64,000 bases of DNA from Piromyces finnis finn (Eukaryota > Fungi > Neocallimastigomycota), in NCBI GenBank assembly GCA_002104945.1, contig MCFH01000052.1, positions 310,001 through 374,000 of the forward strand. The letters run 5' to 3'. Position 1 is the first letter of the stretch. Each line of letters opens with the position of its first letter. The position numbers and the translations under genes were made by a program. The notes under the pieces are model-generated. The model worked only from the letters and a program-made list of their open reading frames with translations. It was not told the DNA's origin and did not search any database. This document shows positions 63,276 through 64,000 of the stretch, in pieces.

Positions 63276-64000
63276 GTGGGAGAAGAAGCACTCCCATCGT
63301 CAATAAAATAGCTTCAGCTCAGTATCAGTCAATGCCAAGTGAAGAAACAACAAGCCAGAGTGATTGGTCGAAAGAAGAATATGATGAAGAAATCGAAAGT
63401 GACTTTGAAGATACTGATATTAATGAACAGTTCTTTGTATGTGCTAATAAAAGGAAGTTGGATAAAATAAGCAAAGAACAAGATGATAATAAAGAAAAAC
63501 GACTTCACAAAAACTTGAAAAATGATCCTAGACCTATTCTTACACCTGCTCTTAGGAAACGTAAAGCACAAGAATTAGAAAATATACCAATAGATGTTTC
63601 TCCTAAGCAACTGCATCCTTCTATTATTGCTCAACCGAATATCAGAGAACAAAAACTAAAAGAAAGAAAACTTCGGGATAAAGAGCGTGCTAGTAGTAGT
63701 GAACAAAAGGAAGAAGAAAAGAATGAATTGGCAAGTTCTAATGAAGATCCTATTATTATCGACTATGATGAAGAAGAAATGTTATCTGCAATTACAGATA
63801 AGAAAGGTGCTAAGGTGGTAGAGAAAGATAACACAAGTGAATCAACCAAATCTACTTCTAATTCAACTCTAAATAAATTAATGAAAGAGCAAAAGAAAGA
63901 AAAACCTGCAGAATCGAAGGTTAAGAAAACTGCTAGAAATATTCAAATGATAGCAGATACGGAAGAATATAATGTAGTTAAAGATCTTAACGAAACAAAA
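63263..64000 (+). CDS. Start of pol of element H (-1 frame, partial, open to the window end)
   Basis: No stop in this frame from 63263 to 64000 on manual translation; ends IQMIADTEEYNVVKDLNETK, matching B pol LVISADQEKYNITKDIGEK. Confidence 0.85.

Larger units (their letters stand above)
60127..64000 (+). mobile_element. 5' part of Ty3/Gypsy element H, 15 bp upstream of and divergent from tRNA-Cys; runs off the window
   Basis: 5' LTR 60127-60837 (TGTTAAGG...CCGTAACA); PBS TGGTGGAGATATCGGG at 60845-60860; about 1.5-kb leader; gag and start of pol. Confidence 0.93.

Overview
Extremely AT-rich eukaryotic DNA, most consistent with an anaerobic gut fungus (Neocallimastigomycota). This host assignment is inferred from composition and (TAA)n/Asn repeats; another AT-rich eukaryote is not excluded. 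About three quarters of the window is nested Ty3/Gypsy LTR retrotransposons. I labelled the LTR families A, B, C, D, E, F, G, H, J, K, M, N, P, Q and X; these are my labels, not database names. They are stacked immediately upstream of four tRNA loci: a Gly(TCC)-Thr(TGT) dimer, Cys(GCA), initiator Met, and a second Cys(GCA) on the minus strand. At all four loci an LTR terminus lies 14-16 bp upstream of the mature tRNA. Family F solo LTRs map to a second position 66-67 bp upstream, and families K, M and N reconstruct to about the same position. Target-site duplications (TSDs) show the same few bases hit repeatedly, giving ordered stacks up to about 25 kb. Three priming modes co-occur: Tf1-like self-priming (J, K), tRNA-Ala (A, B, G, H) and tRNA-Tyr (X). 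B and H share a predicted -1 frameshift signal. Non-autonomous derivatives include non-coding, Gag-only and Gag-protease-only elements. The window also holds a SINE-like/LINE pair sharing a 3' stem-loop, a MITE-like fold-back, and one host gene, a multi-TM protein with a split RGS domain. All alignments and counts were made by eye.
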